A stretch of DNA of 64,000 nt from Selaginella moellendorffii. Its lineage: Eukaryota > Plantae > Lycopodiophyta. The notes beneath the pieces were generated by a model that saw nothing but the letters and a program-made list of their open reading frames with translations, ran no database searches and was not told the origin of the DNA. The DNA lies in the NCBI RefSeq assembly GCF_000143415.4, contig NW_003314420.1:128123-192122 (forward strand). Direction: 5' to 3'. Below are positions 50,201-63,454 of the stretch, piece after piece; within the stretch, counting starts at the first letter, position 1, and each line of letters begins with the position of its first letter. Both the position numbers and the translations under genes were made by a program.

Positions 50201-53200
50201 TCGTGGAGCCGATGGTGTGGAGACACCAAATGTGCCAAGGTGTGATACCTTGAGGCTATGTTGGTGGGTTCATGAGAACCCCTTGCCAAAGGAATCCCAA
50301 TGGAAATGGGAATGGCATAGCCTAAGCTGCAGAGCATGCAGTTGGAGTGTGGTGACCCAGATAATGATGGAGGTGTGAAAGCACCAAACAATGAGTTGTA
50401 GAACTTGACAACTATGAGGAAACTAAGCAAGAGGTGCAAAATAACTGGTTGAACGGGTAGAAGGTAGCTACCCAAGACTTCTTAATAGCATAGGGAAGTC
50501 GGATACACCCTTACGGGGGATAAGTTGCTTGTGTTGCGATATAGTAAGTCAATGTCATAAAAGGAAATACTCATTGTCAAGAAAGCCATCATTGGGACAC
50601 CCGAACACTCTAGAACACCAGAAGGTGGTGTTTGATGTCGCGAGGGCAATGGATAAGGCCCAGGGGACTAAGTCCCTAGTGAATGATGGATAGAAGGTGC
50701 TATCCAAATGTCCAAGGTTGCGGAGACAGGAGAAAGACTGTCTGCCCGAGTTGGACAAAGCCAAAAATAGAACTTTGGCAAGGCTAGTGATGGGTATGTA
50801 AAGGCCCATAAGCAACAATGTAATCCCAGTGTGTGGGGTTACAAGGTGAGCGTACCCGGATTGAGGAACCACTCCCTGGGCTATTGGGTTGGTTCATCCC
50901 TAGGAATCCTTGCTAAGGCGTGATAGAAAGTGCAAAGCTATCCTCCTGGTCTGGAGGAGAATGACCGAAGGAAAGGTGCAAAGCCAAAAGCAAGAAGTAA
51001 GGGGATAGAACCGAACCATAGGAATCGAAGGGCATAACCAAGGTTGGTTATGCCAGCTGGGAGTGGAGAATCAAATGGGGGGCTCGAGGGTGTTGCCGCT
51101 AGCAACCGTGATGCCATGGAGAGTCTAAAATATGAAATTGTCCATGTTAGACTATGTGGCATTTGGAAGGCTTGCAAAAAGGGAGGCCTTAGCAAGCTAA
51201 GGGACAGAGTTCCTTCAAGGTTCCCAAAGACGATTCTAGGTAGCTTAGTACCTAGAAAGGCCAAGTTTAAATGGTTCATGCAACGCGCGAAATCAGAGTG
51301 GCGCAGCAGAAGCGTGGTCTTGAAGCTTGCCATGAGGCAAGGCTATCAAGGTTAGGGAAGTAGTTCCCGAGTGTTCAAAGAGAGAGCTTTGAACGAAAGT
51401 CGATGGTCAAGGACTTTCACGCTTATGCAGGAACCATGTTACAGTGGTCGGAGGACTTGCCAAGCGAGATTGGCACGTCGGGGGAACAAATACCCTAGTT
51501 GAAGGTGATAACCTCAAAAAGGGTGGGCCATGGGGCCGAGCATGGAGGAGTCCATGCATGATCACAGACATGTCAAGTGAGAGGACTTGGCAGTGTGGAG
51601 GATCTAGGTTCCTAAGCTGTGATCTGTAGCGCGCTTTAAAAATAAGTTGGTGCACCGGCGTGGGGAGTCACGCCAGGCATCTTGTGTGATGCCGTCCGTA
51701 GATGCATATACGGAGGTTGGGTTCGAGTCCCGACCCTCTAGTGCTTGGGTTCGAGTCCCAAATCACTAGGGCGTGGTGATGGTTTGGAATATGAGGACAC
51801 TCATATTTCGGTGGTCATGGACTCTCAGTGGGGAGACTGGTTTGGGCACACTGCCAAGCGAGGGATGCCTCAGAGTCGTGATGCATGGTTAGATTGCTTA
51901 GAGTGAAAGCTCGGCATATCTAACTTGAACGCTTTGGTGCAAGTGGCACCAAGGACGTGGTGAGTGAGATGGGGACACCTAATCTCAGTTGCTATGGACC
52001 CTTGGCTGGAAGGGCTGGCTTGGGCACACCGCCAAGTGTGGGGGATGCCCCCGGGGTCGTAGTTAACAAGTTAAAGGTTTAGAAGACCTAGTACCTATTG
52101 GCAAACCTATTAAGGTGCCGAGGTGAGATCACTAGGTGATCTTGTGGCTAAATAAGGACAAGGTCCTTGTTTGGGTTAAGGAATAAGGTTCCTAGTTCAA
52201 AGTGTTGATTTGAACTATTGAGGATGGTGTGGCTTGGTCAAGGTGACCAAGTGGGAAAAGCACCTTAAGGAAATGAGCTATGTCATTGCGATGGCATAGT
52301 GTGTCCAAGGAAAGTAGTCTCTAAAGAGACCCATGAGAGGGTCACAAAGGTGGGCCGAGGATAGAGCCCACAGTAGAAGATGATAAAATAGACTTACTAG
52401 GGGTGAACACCCTAGTCTTGGCAAAGCAGAGCCTTTGCTATGGAATCAAAAGAATACCTCAAGGAGGGAGGTAGAGATTCGATGTTGCTTGGTGCAACAA
52501 TCAATGGATAGGAGCAAAAGATGAGTGGCCAAGATAGGGCCGTGGAATCCCTTGGAAGGAATCCAAGTGACAAAGTTAGGCGAGGAACACTAATGTGTTG
52601 GACACTAACAAATTGCGGGAAAGGAAGTGTGTTTCCAAGGATGGATTCCGAATTGCTCCGATTTGGCAAAAGTGGAAGCTCCAAGGGAGGGAGCAGTAAG
52701 GTAGCCAAATGATAGGGCAATGGACAACCCTAGCACAAGGTGTGATAAATGGAACTTAGTGCCCAAGGTGGCACGAAATAGAAGAGAGGATGATGGTGCC
52801 CTCAAGTAATGAACTTCCTAGGATAGGGAAGTGGAGTTGCACAATCTGTGCAATGCAAGGTGTTGAAGACACCTAGGAAATTGACTTCAAGAAGTCAAAG
52901 GTAAACGTTCCAAAGTGCAAAGGTAGATCAATGGAATCTATGACTACTCAAGAAGAAGTAGTGGGATTGACTTAGAGAAGGGTCTCTAAGAGGTTTAGCG
53001 AGAACTAAACCAATAAAAGGAGAGAACCACTACATGTGGTCCAATCAGTCTCTAAGTTGGGAGACTACCCTCCTTAAAGGATAGGCAAGGCCTGGTGAGC
53101 CTTTGGTGTCAAACCATTGAGGCATATGCAAAAGGCATGGTGAGCCTTCAATGTCAAACCATTGACAAATATTGGCTAGGTGCCAAGGATGGAAATGGTA

Positions 53201-55144
53201 ACACATGCGAGTGTTACTCTACAAAATGGTTTACCGTTCGATGAGGACATCGAACTTTGTCTATGGGTGGTGGAGTTGTGAGACACAAAATCCCTAGGCC
53301 CCAAAGTGGAGCCGGAAAGGGTGCCACGTGGTAGTGGCTGAAGCGAGAGCCAAACGAGTGTAACACGTTTGGACCAAAAGCTCCGACTTGAAAAGTCAAG
53401 AGCGGGAGTGGAACTCCCAAAGAAGTGCTCGAGGAACGAGCACGAAGCGAGCAAAAAGCGAGGCTCCAAAAAGGGACCCAAAAGGACCAACACATGACAC
53501 GTGGGAGTGTCCGAGATGGACTCGAGTTGGAGTCCGAAGTGGAGTCCGAGGTGGACCCAAGATGGACCCGAGATGGAGTCCGAAGTGGAGTCCGAGGTGG
53601 ACCCGAGATGGACCCGAGTTGGAGTCCAAAGTGGAGTCCGAGATGGACCCGAGATGGAGTCCGAGATGGAGTCCGAGCTGGAGTCCGAGGTGGACCCGAG
53701 ATGGACCCGAAATGGAGTCCGAGATGGAGTCCGAGATGGACCCGAGATGGAGTCCGAGATGGAGTCCGAGATGGAGTCCGAGATGGACCCGAGATGGAGT
53801 CCGAGATGGAGTCCGAGATGGAGTCCGAGGTGGACCGGAGATAGACCCGAAATGGAGTCCGAGATGGAGTCCGAGATGGACCCGAGATGGAGTCCGAGAT
53901 GGAGTCCGAGATGGACCCGAGATGGACCCGAGATGGAGTCCGAGATGGAGTCCAAGATGGAGTCCGAGATGGAGTCCGAGATGGAGTCCGAAGTCGAGAC
54001 CGAGACCGGAACCGAGACCGGGACCGAGACCGAGACCGAGACCGAGATCGGGACCGAGACCGAGGCCGAGGCCAAGACCGAGCCCGAGCCCGAGTCCGAG
54101 TCCGAATCCGAGTCCGAGTCCGAGTCCGAGTCCGAGTCCGAAGCCTGAGAGGGTGAAAGCCCAAAGCGTTCGTCTCCCAGACCCTGGGGGGTTTGGTGAG
54201 CTCCAAAAGTATAGTAAGGGGGAGGACTGCAGTGGAGCCAGTTTGGCCAGGAAAGGCCAGTTTGGCCCAGGAAGGCCAGACCCAGTGTTGGGTGATGAGC
54301 TGCCCACTGGGAAGTCCAAGACTAGAGTGAACACGGACCAACAAGCGGGGTAGCTTGGTGAAGTGTTCAAGAGCCGGCTCTAGTTCCCCCGGGAGATCGA
54401 CTGGCCGATGCTCCCAGTCCAAGTGTGGGTGGCACTACCTACTTGGATACCTGGTGTGGCTCAACGGAACCCGCTCTAAGCCCATGGCTAGAGCACCCAA
54501 GGGCAGAAGGCGAGGAGAGTACCCAGGTGGCTCGCGTAAGGCCACGGTGTTCCGAAATGTTGTCCCAAAGGCCCAGACTGTGGAAAGGAAGAGGAGCAGT
54601 CCTCTGGGGTAGTGACCAAGGACACAGTCACACAGTGAGGAAGTCCTAGAGGATAGTGGGACTTAGTGGTCGGGCCTGTGGGCCTCGACCCAGTGGCAGT
54701 GTTGGTAAACACGGCCAGGGGCAGAAAGGGACTTGGTAGGAACTGACAAAGGGACTTTGGGGAAGGCGATTCCCCAGGTCTGTGGGCATCCTAAGGATGC
54801 TAAGGAGTGGATCTAGGATGACCACTCGTGAACAGATGGCCCAGTCTTGGAGAGACAGGATGGTGATGCAAGTGGTATTGGACCACTAGTCCAGCAAAGG
54901 TGAATGGGCATGGCCTTAGCGTAACGGGCCGAGATGTCAGTGGTACCTTTGGGTGTCGGTCTTCGGACCGGACACGTGGAGCACTTGGACCAGGTGCAAG
55001 TGTTGAGTGGCATGGATGCCATTCTTGGGGCTAGCAAGTCCCAAGTCCTGAATTGGACTAATGGAGGTTGTGAATGAGACTCCTCCAAATGGTCGGAGGT
55101 GTGGTTAAGTGACTAAAGTAGAATGGAAAAATTAGTCGCTTACA
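47282..55144 (+). mobile_element. Intact non-autonomous LTR retroelement (LARD-like, family A), 7863 bp
   Basis: LTRs 47282-49167 (1886 bp) and 53277-55144 (1868 bp), TG...CA, nearly identical; PBS TGGTATTGGAGC 49171-49182; PPT-like GGGTGGTGGAG; TSD TATAG (47277-47281, 55145-55149); no gag/pol motifs recognised in the 4.1-kb interior. Confidence 0.93.
47514..48165 (+). repeat. LTR-internal tandem array (12-mer GAGATGGAGTCC, 11-mer GAGATGGACCC, then 6-mers GAGACC/GAGTCC)
   Basis: Read directly; also at ~25872-26358, ~29178-29690 (-), ~53509-54142 and ~58420-58800. Confidence 0.95.
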
Positions 55145-55542
55145 TATAGGTGAAGTGGTAGGTGCTCATTACTTTTTATCTCTTTTACCTTGTGTGTTTT
55201 GGTTCTGCTGCTCATAGGGTGTGCTAGGATGATGTCCAAGGCTAGAGGTGGCACTAATGAAAATATTGAAGAAACAATCACAAAATTTTTCTCAAGCAGC
55301 TTGAGGCAAGCTTTCCTTCTGCAAGATGAGACACTCTTACCAGTTGAGGTATGTTCACGACTTTACTATTTATTTGATCTATATGGATCTTCTCTCTACA
55401 GGCAAGGCTGAGGCCAAGTGTGAAGAAGCTTCTCCCAATACTGAAGAACACCATGAGATGCTAGAGATGTTATGTTTTGGAGCACTACCACGTTTCCATC
55501 TGCTTTCATGGGATATGGACAGATTAGAATGAGCATGGGAGT

Positions 55543-55680
55543 AATCATTTGAAAATGGTGAAATAAAACTCATGTTAGTGCAGATGGAAAATGGTTTGTT
55601 TACAAGCAAAGAACATGTACTAAAAAAACCATTTTCCATCTGCACTAACATGAGTTTTATTTCACCATTTTCAAATGATT
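55543..55680. repeat. Perfect 55-bp inverted repeat with 28-nt loop
   Basis: 55543-55597 is the exact reverse complement of 55626-55680. Confidence 0.95.
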
Positions 55681-56049
55681 TTCAAAACCAACTTTTGTAA
55701 AATTCATATTTCTATTTACAACAATTTAACAAGTTTAAAATTTACAAAATTATAAAAACAATCTCAAAACAATAGATTTACATCCTTGTAAAATATCCCA
55801 GCCCCTCTGTGAGTGTGCTGCGCATGAGGTATATGAAGTTTAGGCATATTTGTGCCCTCACAATGAGTGAGCTCCTGCCACATCAAGAAGTGATAGAAAG
55901 ACCTATATTCCTATATATCCTCTCAGATTCCTCCATATGCCCATTGTTGGCATGTGCCAGCTGTCCATGATACTAGGTCATCAACAAAGCATACATAGAA
56001 ATCATAGAATTAAAAGAAATCTGATTTTCTTAAAACATACATTGATTTA

Positions 56050-56240
56050 CCTGCTTGGGTTAATGTTACAGAAGATAACATCCTATTCCTTCATAAGTGG
56101 AAAAGACAATCACAGACTTGGCATAGATGGTCAAGAGGCTGTTCCAAGAAATCTGGTGTCAGCAAAGGTGCTCTTTGCATTTATGGCATTTTCTACAAGT
56201 CTGTGTTCCATGACACACTATCTCACTAGGCAAAACTCTA
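56050..56240 (-). pseudogene. Possible PPR-gene remnant
   Basis: DSVSWNT and ISWNSLLTIYAKS are PPR-like, in broken frames. Confidence 0.35.
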
Positions 56241-57169
56241 TCTGAAACAGAAAGTTCCCATAGTATTAAAAAATGCAGCAAAGGAAATAAATGCACAAAA
56301 GATTCGTCTTTCACATTCACATCAATTAGGAGTGCCATCATCATTCTCCATTTCATCCAGGTAGAAATCTTCACTGATTTCCCCTTTCTTTGAATAAGAA
56401 GGCTTGAAAGCTCCAAGATCCAAAGTTCTATCCAAAAGAACACTACATAAGAAAAGAAGACACCTATGATTCTTTCTATATTTAATTCCATAATATTTTA
56501 TTCAAATTATTTTATATTATTCTTATATTTTAGTCAAGTTCTATAAGAATATTACATGGTTTTTTTTATATATTCTAAGTCCAGTTACAATATCAACATA
56601 TTCCCAACTTCATAAATTATATCCATAAAATTATTTTTCACAAAAGAAATCAGAGGTGTGGATTTGGGACTTTTGGACAAGGTGTATACATTAAAAAATT
56701 TATTATTCAGCTCCAAAAGATATTGATAGTGGCTATAGAATGAAAGTGTTATAGATGGGTTTTACAAGACGTTGGATGTTGGATGTTGATTTTAATGGCT
56801 TATAAAAATGTACACAACCCTAAACACATCCACAAGATTTCTACCATGCTTTAAAAGCAATTGAGTTTACACAATACCAAAGAATTATATACTACCAAAT
56901 TATAAAAGGTTAGTTTGGAGAAATTATAATTTTGATGCATACTGAGCTAAACTTTTTTATCTGAACTATAATGATGGCTCTAAGTTTCATACTTAACTAA
57001 AAAATAATAGCATTTCTATTATGTATCTGGTTTTACATTTAAAAATATACAAAACTAAATCTATCTGGATATTCACACTACATTATAGATGTTTGAAAAG
57101 AGGTACATCCAAAGATAATAATTACATTAGAGATATAATGATTGTATTAAGACAAACCTGTATTATTGA

Positions 57170-59627
57170 TAATGGTGTGGCTTGGTCGAAGTGACCAAGT
57201 GGGAAGGACACCTAAAGGGAAATCAGTTGTGCCAATACGATGGTGTAGTAAATCCAAGAAAGTAGTCTCGGGGAGAGACTCATGAGAGGGTCGCAAAGTT
57301 GGGCCGTGGATGAAGCCCGTAGCAGAAATTGCTAAAGAGACCTACTAGGGGTGAGCACCCGCTGGACTTAGTAAAGTAGAGCCTTTGCCATGGAACCAAA
57401 AGGATACCTCAAAAATGGAGGTAGTGATCCTATGTTGCTCAGTGCAACAATCAATGGATAAAAGCAAAAGACTAGTGGCCAAGTGTGGGCCATGGAGTTC
57501 ATTGGAAGGAATCCAAATGGCAAAGTTAGGCATGGAACACTAATGTGTTGGGTGCTAACAGATTGTGAGAAAGGAAGTATGCTTCCAAAGATGGATTCCC
57601 AAATGCTCCAAGTTGGCAAAGGTGAAAGCTCCAAGGGAGGGAGCGGCGAAGTAGCCAAAGGATAGGGGCCATGGATAGCTCTAGCACAACTTACGATGGC
57701 TGGAACTTGGTGCCAAAAGTGGCATAAAATAAAAAGAAGGACGATGGCGCCCTCAAGTGGGGAGCTTCCTAGGATGGGAAGTGAAGTTGCACAATATGTG
57801 CAGTGAAAGATGTCAAAGACACCAAAGAAATTGACTTCGAGAAGTCAAAATTAAAAATTCCAAAGTGAATTGGTTATGTCAATAGAAGTTAGGACTACTC
57901 GAGAATGAATAGTGGGATTGAGCTAGAGAACAGGTCTCTAATGGGTTTAGCAAGAGCAAACCCAATAAAAGGGAGAGAACCATCTGAGGTGGTCAAATGA
58001 GTCTCTATGTTAGAGACACTATGCTCCTTAGAGGTTGGACAAGGTATGGAGAGCCTTCGGTGTCAAACCATTGACAAATATTAGCTAAGTGCCAAGGATG
58101 GTGAAGGTAATACATGCTAGTGTTACTTTATAAAACGGTTTATCGTTCGATGAGGACATCAAACTTCGTCTATGGGTGGTGGAGTTGTGAGACACAAAAT
58201 CCCTAAGGCCCAAAGTGGAGCCGAAAGGCTGCCATGTGGTAGTGGCCGAAGCAAAAGTCAAACGAGCATAACACGTTTGGACTAAAAGGCTCTGGCTTGA
58301 AAGGTCGAGAGTAGGAGTGGAACTCCCAATGGAGTGCTCAAGGAACGAGCATGAAGCAAGCAATAAGCGAGGCTCCAAAAAAGGGACCCAAAAAGACCAA
58401 CACATCACACGTGGAAGAGTTCGAGATGGAGTCCGAGATGGACTCGAGTTGGAGTCTGAGGTAGAGTCTGAGATGGAGTCCGAGATGGAGCGAGATGGGG
58501 TCTGAGATGGAGTCCGAGAAGGACCCCAGATGGAGTCCAATATGGACCCGAGATGGAGTCCGAGATGGACCGAGATGGAGTCCAAGATGGACCCGAGATG
58601 GAGTCCAAGATGGACCGAGACAGAGTCCGAGATGGAGTTCGAGATGGACCCGAGATGGAATCTGAGATGGAGTCTGAGAAGGACCCGAGATGGAGTCCGA
58701 GGTCAAGACCGAGATCGGGACTAAGACCGGGACCAAGACCTAGACTGAGACCGAGTCTGAGTCCGAGTCCAAGTCTGAGTCCGAGTCCGAGTTCGAGTCT
58801 GAGAGGGTGAAAGCCCAAAGCGTTCATCTCCCAGACCCTGGGGGTTTGGTGAGCTCCAAAAGTATAGTAAGGGGGAGGACTGCAGTGGAGCTAGTTTGGC
58901 CCAGGAAGGCCAGACCCAATATTAGGTGATGAACTGACCACTAGGAAGTCCAAGACTAGAGTGAATACGGACCGACAAGTGGGGTAGCTTGGTGAAGTGT
59001 TCAAGAGCTGGCTCTAGTTCCCCCGGGAGATCGACTGACTGATGCTCCCAATCCAAGTGTGGGTGGCACTACCTACTTGGATACCTGATGTGGCTCAACG
59101 GAACCTCGCTCTAAGCCCATGGCTAGAGCACCTAAAGGCGGAAGGAGTGGCTGGGCCTGCGGGCCTTGATCTAGTGGCAGTGTTGGTGAACATGGCCATG
59201 GATGGAAAAGGGATTTGGCAGGAACTGACAAAGGGATGTCAGGGAAGGCTATTCCCCATGTCTGTTGGCATCCTAAAGATGCTAAGGAGTGCATCTGGGA
59301 TGACCACTCGTGGATGGACGGCCCAGTCTTGGAGAGACGGGATTGTGATGCAAGTGGTATTGGACCACTAGTGTGGCAAAGGTGAATGGGCATGGCCTTA
59401 GCATAACGGGCTGATATGTCGGTGGTACCTTTGGGTGTCGGTCTTGGGACTGGACACATGGAGCACTTGGACCAAGTGCAAAGGTTGAGTGGCATGGATG
59501 CCATTCTCGAGACTAGCAAAGTCCCAAGTCCTGAATTGAACTTAAGGAGGTTGTGAATGAGACTCCTCCAAGTGGTCAGAGGTGTGGTTAAGTGACTAAA
59601 GTAGAATGGAAAATTTAGTCGCTTACA
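57170..59627 (+). mobile_element. 5'-truncated, older family-A copy (3' internal region plus LTR 58186-59627)
   Basis: Homologous to 52220-55144; the LTR carries a deletion; ends GCTTACA. Confidence 0.88.
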
Positions 59628-60229
59628 TGTGTGTGTGGATATCACCATTCTTCTTGTTCTCTCACAGAAGTGCACACCCTGAATGCCATCACCAGCAAGA
59701 GATACCTCCTCCACCTCTCAACATGGTGGGATAAAATCCTAAAATTTTGTGTTGTATAGCTGTTTTACAGTTTTGGAGCTGATTGATATATCCAGTGTTT
59801 GCTCAAAATTTCCAGCAATTTCAACGATCATAGTGAATTGGTGGAGGCTCACACTGGCTGCTGTCCGTTTGAGGGATACGCTGCTCCAGGAACACAGAAA
59901 AAGGGAGGCTCTGGCAGCTTGGCGACGACAATGGACCCCATGCTACGGAGGAGAACACGAGGGAGATGTCAAGTGGAAATGGAGACCACCAGCTATGGTA
60001 GTAAAGGAGGCACAACGAGGCAATTTGGCACTGGATGCATTGTGGAGGTGATGACCACAGCAGCCCCGGTTGGAAGACAGCAATCGCCACTAGGTGGAGG
60101 ATAGCAAGACGGATTTGTTGAGTGAACAGCGCTATGGGTGATTCATTTTTGTATTAGTCCCTAAGGGACACGAAGTAATGTACATATATGTTGCATCAAA
60201 ATTTCCCAGTGAGGAGCGCACTGGTGATG

Positions 60230-61560
60230 CAGCAGCTTACACCTCAAGTTATCGTCACTGCAGCCACTGATATGAACGTGACTAGCCGCTCAATCCATCA
60301 GATGCCATAGCTGAGCACCAACGCCATACCATTATAGAGGTTCTTCCTCCTCTAAGTTGTCCAGATAGCCAGCTGATTAACTCCCAGGCTGTTCACTGGG
60401 AATCCACAGCAGCGTGGCAGTCACTACCTTCCTGACATTCTCGAGTTTACTCAACAAGTGGTACCATGAGACGGTGCTCAAGCTGGGACAGCGGGTTTGC
60501 TTGGATGACCCGTCTTTGGCAACGTGGCTGCTTTTCTCAGAGGCTTCAACTCTGGAAGACCGACTACATTGCAAAGTTGAGTGATCGCTTTTTTTTGGTT
60601 TCAGGTACAATCGAGTGGGTTTTTACAAGGCGTTTCTGTTCTAGCAGCCCACCGTCCTGGTGCCACACTAGAGGCATGCAAATTTGTAAAGACAGCTTTG
60701 AGACAGGATGGCTGGACAGCACTGTTGCGCTCATGGGACGAATTTTGTTTGCGGGGTTAACTGGAAAGAGCCACTTGAAGCTCCAAGACCGCTGTGAATA
60801 ATCCCAAAGCTCTCAAACAGTATGTGCTCCTAATCATCAACAATATAAAAGCATGCCTTGTGAGGTGGTCTATGCAGGATAAGGTCGTTCTTCTTACTGA
60901 GATGAGAAGGTATGTGATTGTCCTAGTTTTCTTGTTGCACTGGTTTTTTCTGATATGACAGTTCACGTTTCGAACTGACATCAAAAGGATGCGCTACCTA
61001 TCTAGTGTCAGTGCTGGCCATTTTCCCCTATTTTCAATCCTGAATTTGTCCTTTTGTTTCTGCAGGTTGCCAATGAAACACTGCAACTGGCAAATATTTC
61101 TCCAATGGTCTTTAGAAGAGCCTTGTTGGACTTAATGGTGAGTCTGCATCTTCTCTCAAGTGATTTCAATTTATGTGCAAGTGATTTGGCATGCGGAAGT
61201 GTGGCTAAGACAAGTAGATATGGATCCAAACGTCCACCCTGATCCGGAAAAGTTCAATCCAGCTGGGAGGTACGAGATTCTCAGCCATGCTCTGTAACTC
61301 TGGCTGGGGTTTTTCACTAGAAATATGGAGCATCTCCATTCACGTTGGGATGGGAAATCGAACTTGTCCTGGTAACGAACTTGCCAATCTTCAAATCTTC
61401 ATTGTCGTCCATTACTTCATTATTACAGGTGAAGATCTATTATTTGTGCCATTATTCTTTTAAGTGGGGTTTGTAGGTGGACTGCCTTGGATCCCAACAG
61501 CAAAGTTTCTTACTTCCACATCCAAGACCACGAGACTTCTATTCTGTAAGAGTTTCAAAA
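60230..61560 (+). pseudogene. Cytochrome P450 CYP88 (ent-kaurenoic acid oxidase-like) pseudogene
   Basis: YNRVGFYKAFLF*QPTVL, FETGWLDSTVALMG, AVNNPKALKQY, VANETLQLANISPMVFRRAL (ExxR altered), MDPNVHPDPEKFNP, GMGNRTCPGNELANLQI; central exons apparently missing; frameshifts. Confidence 0.8.
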
Positions 61561-63454
61561 CTTCTGTAATTATAAAAGAAAAAAGTACTTTACTGAATTG
61601 TACCTCATACAAGATGATACCTTATACATTCTCATGCCTCCACTATTCTAATTGGTCCGCCTTGTCACAAGGAGCAAATCCTTCTTTGAAGTCACTGCCT
61701 TGACAGGATGAGACTTAAAGACGAGAAGATACTCAAAGGCAGGCTTGCCAAGTACATTGTAGAGGCTGTTTGTAAGTCCCAAATGTTTCTCATCACAGGT
61801 CTTTGGAGGACATGCATAACTTTATGACCATTGACCAAATGATGAGAACAGCAGCATCATCAAGAAGAGTTGCAGTCTAGCATTTAATTTTTCTCACTTC
61901 TGGCACAAGACAATAAGGTTGTTAACAATAAGGTCTCCATTTAAGTTTTAACTAAGTCCTGTTTGCACAACAATGCAATGCATCAGGAGCTTGCTGGAAA
62001 AGATGATTTACTGAATTTCCAAGAAAGTATAAGATTCATGCTGATTACAGCAAGTAACTATCAGGTACATCTTTAGTGTTCTTGCTCATGGGTCGTGATC
62101 TCCCTTATCTTGAGTTTAGAGAAGCCTGCAAGCATCACCAGATTGTAAGAACTCAGCCAGCTATGTGTGTCTTTGGAGACTGCCATTATAAGTACTTTTT
62201 CTTTAAATTTTATATAACCTTCACTGCTATGGATTCTGTGAATGGCACTTTCAGGGCAACATGTTCCTCCTCTTCCTCCATATTTCTAAAATTAATGCAG
62301 AAAATTTCAAGATTGGCAAGGTGCTGGAATCAATAGTCAAGCTTGCCATTGTGTAGCTGCATTGTGTAGCTCGAAGTTGTCCAGGCCCAGAGGGCGCTGA
62401 GTGTTCTTCTCTAGAAGGTTTTCCAGGCCTAAAGGGCAATGCAACGGTTTTGGTGGTAGGGATTCGTGTGTGCAACCAGACAACGTATTCCATGTTTGCC
62501 AAAAGCATTATAACCAATTGTGCTTTAGATTGAAGGCTGCAAAATAAACTGGTCTTACCAATATGACTGCTTGGCCACTTCTCATGGAAAATACATGTTT
62601 ATGAAAAGTTTGCTTCCCTTATATGTAATAAAGAATAACATTTTGGCACTATTGATGTTTGGTAGCTAAAGGTAATGGGCAAAGAAACTTTTTATACTCT
62701 AAAGCTCTACTTACAGGTCTATTAATGATTCATAACTCATGCTGCATGATTAGTACAACTGCTTAGGGATGCTATGTTTCCACAACCGACTGTGGGATAC
62801 ACTGAGATCACTCCAATCCTCACCAGAATTCAAGCTCTCATGCTCAAACACTCAAGATCATACTGCTCTCCTAAAGAACACTCCAAGAACACTTTGGAAC
62901 ACTTTTAAACACTGTTAATCTTGGAAAGAAAGGGCCTAACCGCTCCTGTCACTGTCCTCCTACTTATATCTCTTGCTCCTAGCCAAATCTCCTAAATTGG
63001 ACTGCAAATCCTTCTCTGCACTTTGTCTTGTAGCGAAGACCTTGGGCACCCAAATCACAGAGGAATATCTCAGTGGATCTCCTCTCCTTGCCCTAGTGCC
63101 ATGTGGATGAAATGCAAATGGTACATGGTGATACCCTACATAAATGATGATGACATTAGCCCAAGGTTGAACCTCCAAAGATCATCAAAGGTCAGCTTTA
63201 GAGTAAATTAGGAAAATCTCTTTTCTAATGTAAGTCAAATAATATCTAATTGCCTGTTACAGGTGTCGAGTTTACCAATCAGGCAGCAGTACACTATCCC
63301 AAAACCTTTCTTGATGCAAAGAGAGATTTACCATTTTAACAAAATGAAGATCTGATTTTCTTTTTGAGTCCTTGGTCGTGGTATACCTAGTCCATGCTAA
63401 GCGTTTGACAAGTTCCAGTATTCATTTCATTGTGTATTACCATTCATAGTGGTA

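Noticed and set aside
51716-51761. tRNA gene
   Set aside because: Only T-arm-like stems; no acceptor, D or anticodon arms found.
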